A stretch of DNA of 64,000 bases from Selaginella moellendorffii. Lineage: Eukaryota; Plantae; Lycopodiophyta. Shown here piece after piece: positions 63,037 to 64,000 of the stretch. Location of the stretch: positions 666,438 to 730,437 of the forward strand of contig NW_003314327.1 in NCBI RefSeq assembly GCF_000143415.4, in the 5' to 3' direction. A model generated the notes under the pieces. That model worked only from the letters and a program-made list of their open reading frames with translations, had not been told where the DNA came from and made no database searches. The translations under genes were made by a program, and so were the position numbers. Positions within the stretch are counted from its first letter, which is position 1, and each line of letters begins with the position of its first letter.

Positions 63037-63490
63037 TGTCAAGGACATAGGAATCTGCAGCAGGAATCTAGGAGAGATTAAAGGAGATGAACAAGTATAT
63101 AAGACTATACACCACAAGCATTCAACAGTAGCTTTTCCGGTTCCATCATGGTATCAGAGGATATTCTGTTCAGCTCTGGCAAGTTATAGTGTTATTAGGA
63201 TATTATTCTATTAGTTAAGCAGATTTGGAGGAAAATACAATTCCATAGTGCTCCTGAAGCCTCCAAAGAGATATTCCACTCAAAGAAAGGTACACTTCTA
63301 CATGGCACTGACCCTAGAAAGTGTAGGTTCAATCAGTCTTCCCAAATGCTCTAGAAGTTTAGCTTAAGTAATTTTTAAGTTTGTAGTATCTCCTAATGTC
63401 ACATGGGTTCTACGTGTTCACAACACTAAATATATTACAAACTTGTTAAGTGTTCTCATTGATCCTAAACCATGTTCTGAGGGGGAGAAA
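63037..63490 (+). mobile_element. Possible TRIM/short LTR-element remnant
   Basis: TGTCAAG...CCATCA (63037-63148) followed by PBS TGGTATCAGAG (63149-63159). PPT-like gagggggagaa ~63479. No second LTR is seen. Confidence 0.35.
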
Positions 63491-64000
63491 AAGGAGATGC
63501 TTTACCAAAATGTGTTTTTCAAGTTATATATTTGAATGAGTGCTCCTTCCAGTGCTTGTACAGGGACAACACCAGGTTCTTGGAGAGCAACTCGATCCAG
63601 GACAAAAGTAGCAAGCTGATGCAAGAGCTGCATGCTGAGGAGCGTGGAGCTCGAGAGCTTGTTGCCCAGATGGATTGCCAGAGCTCTCTCTAGGGATCAC
63701 CATGTTTGTCGACACTTTCATGGAGGACACGGAGATGAGGGAGACGATCCAGGCCGACATAGCTGCTGTCCACGAGCGGGGATTTTCAACGTTGACAATA
63801 AATGATAAACAATCTACAATCAGGTACATTATTTTAATTCACTAATGTAGTGATTTTCTAGTGTAGCATGCAATGCTGCTATGGAGGGCACCTAAAGAAA
63901 CACTCTACGTTTTGAACTGCGAACAACCCTGAATGACAACATAGTTAATCACCAGTCACATCATGGAAAGAATGAACACTTTCTCAGGAAGATCTCAACT

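Noticed and set aside
63524-63829. 101-aa minus-strand ORF at the window edge
   Set aside because: May be a terminal exon of a gene beyond the window, but it is not identifiable.

Overview
Eukaryotic, land-plant genomic DNA with very short introns (~55-60 nt) and dense genes, which suggests a compact lycophyte-type genome such as Selaginella (inference). A central block of host genes spans 12.6-36 kb: a CYP72-clan P450 with pseudogene fragments, organellar uL4, a conserved plastid membrane protein, a BAC1-like mitochondrial carrier, a mitochondrial TatB-like gene, GAPA, a PPR gene, CENH3 and an RLCK kinase. Nested mobile elements surround it. (1) A complete ~12.9 kb Sola-like DNA transposon (44246-57160; 24-bp perfect TIRs, TTCA target duplication) carries a transposase, a divergently oriented ParB/Srx-like + DNA-methyltransferase-like gene, an FCP1/HAD-like ORF and a small orphan ORF. 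It is studded with about 20 copies of a 22-bp palindrome, ATGGCRTG-N6-CAYGCCAT, that I saw only between its TIRs. (2) It is inserted in the 5' end of the transposase of an older Mutator/SWIM-type element, which carries the same kind of cargo (ParB-MTase-like gene and a homologous orphan ORF). (3) That outer element landed in an F-box gene, was hit by a Ty3/gypsy retrotransposon, and was then split by an apparent ~33 kb inversion (~3.2-36.6 kb). Undoing the inversion rejoins the retrotransposon (including its RT), the ParB-MTase gene, the TIR pair and the F-box gene. The best candidate for a new system is the transposon-borne ParB-like/MTase-like protein with an element-specific parS-like palindrome array, with related cargo in two unrelated transposase superfamilies.
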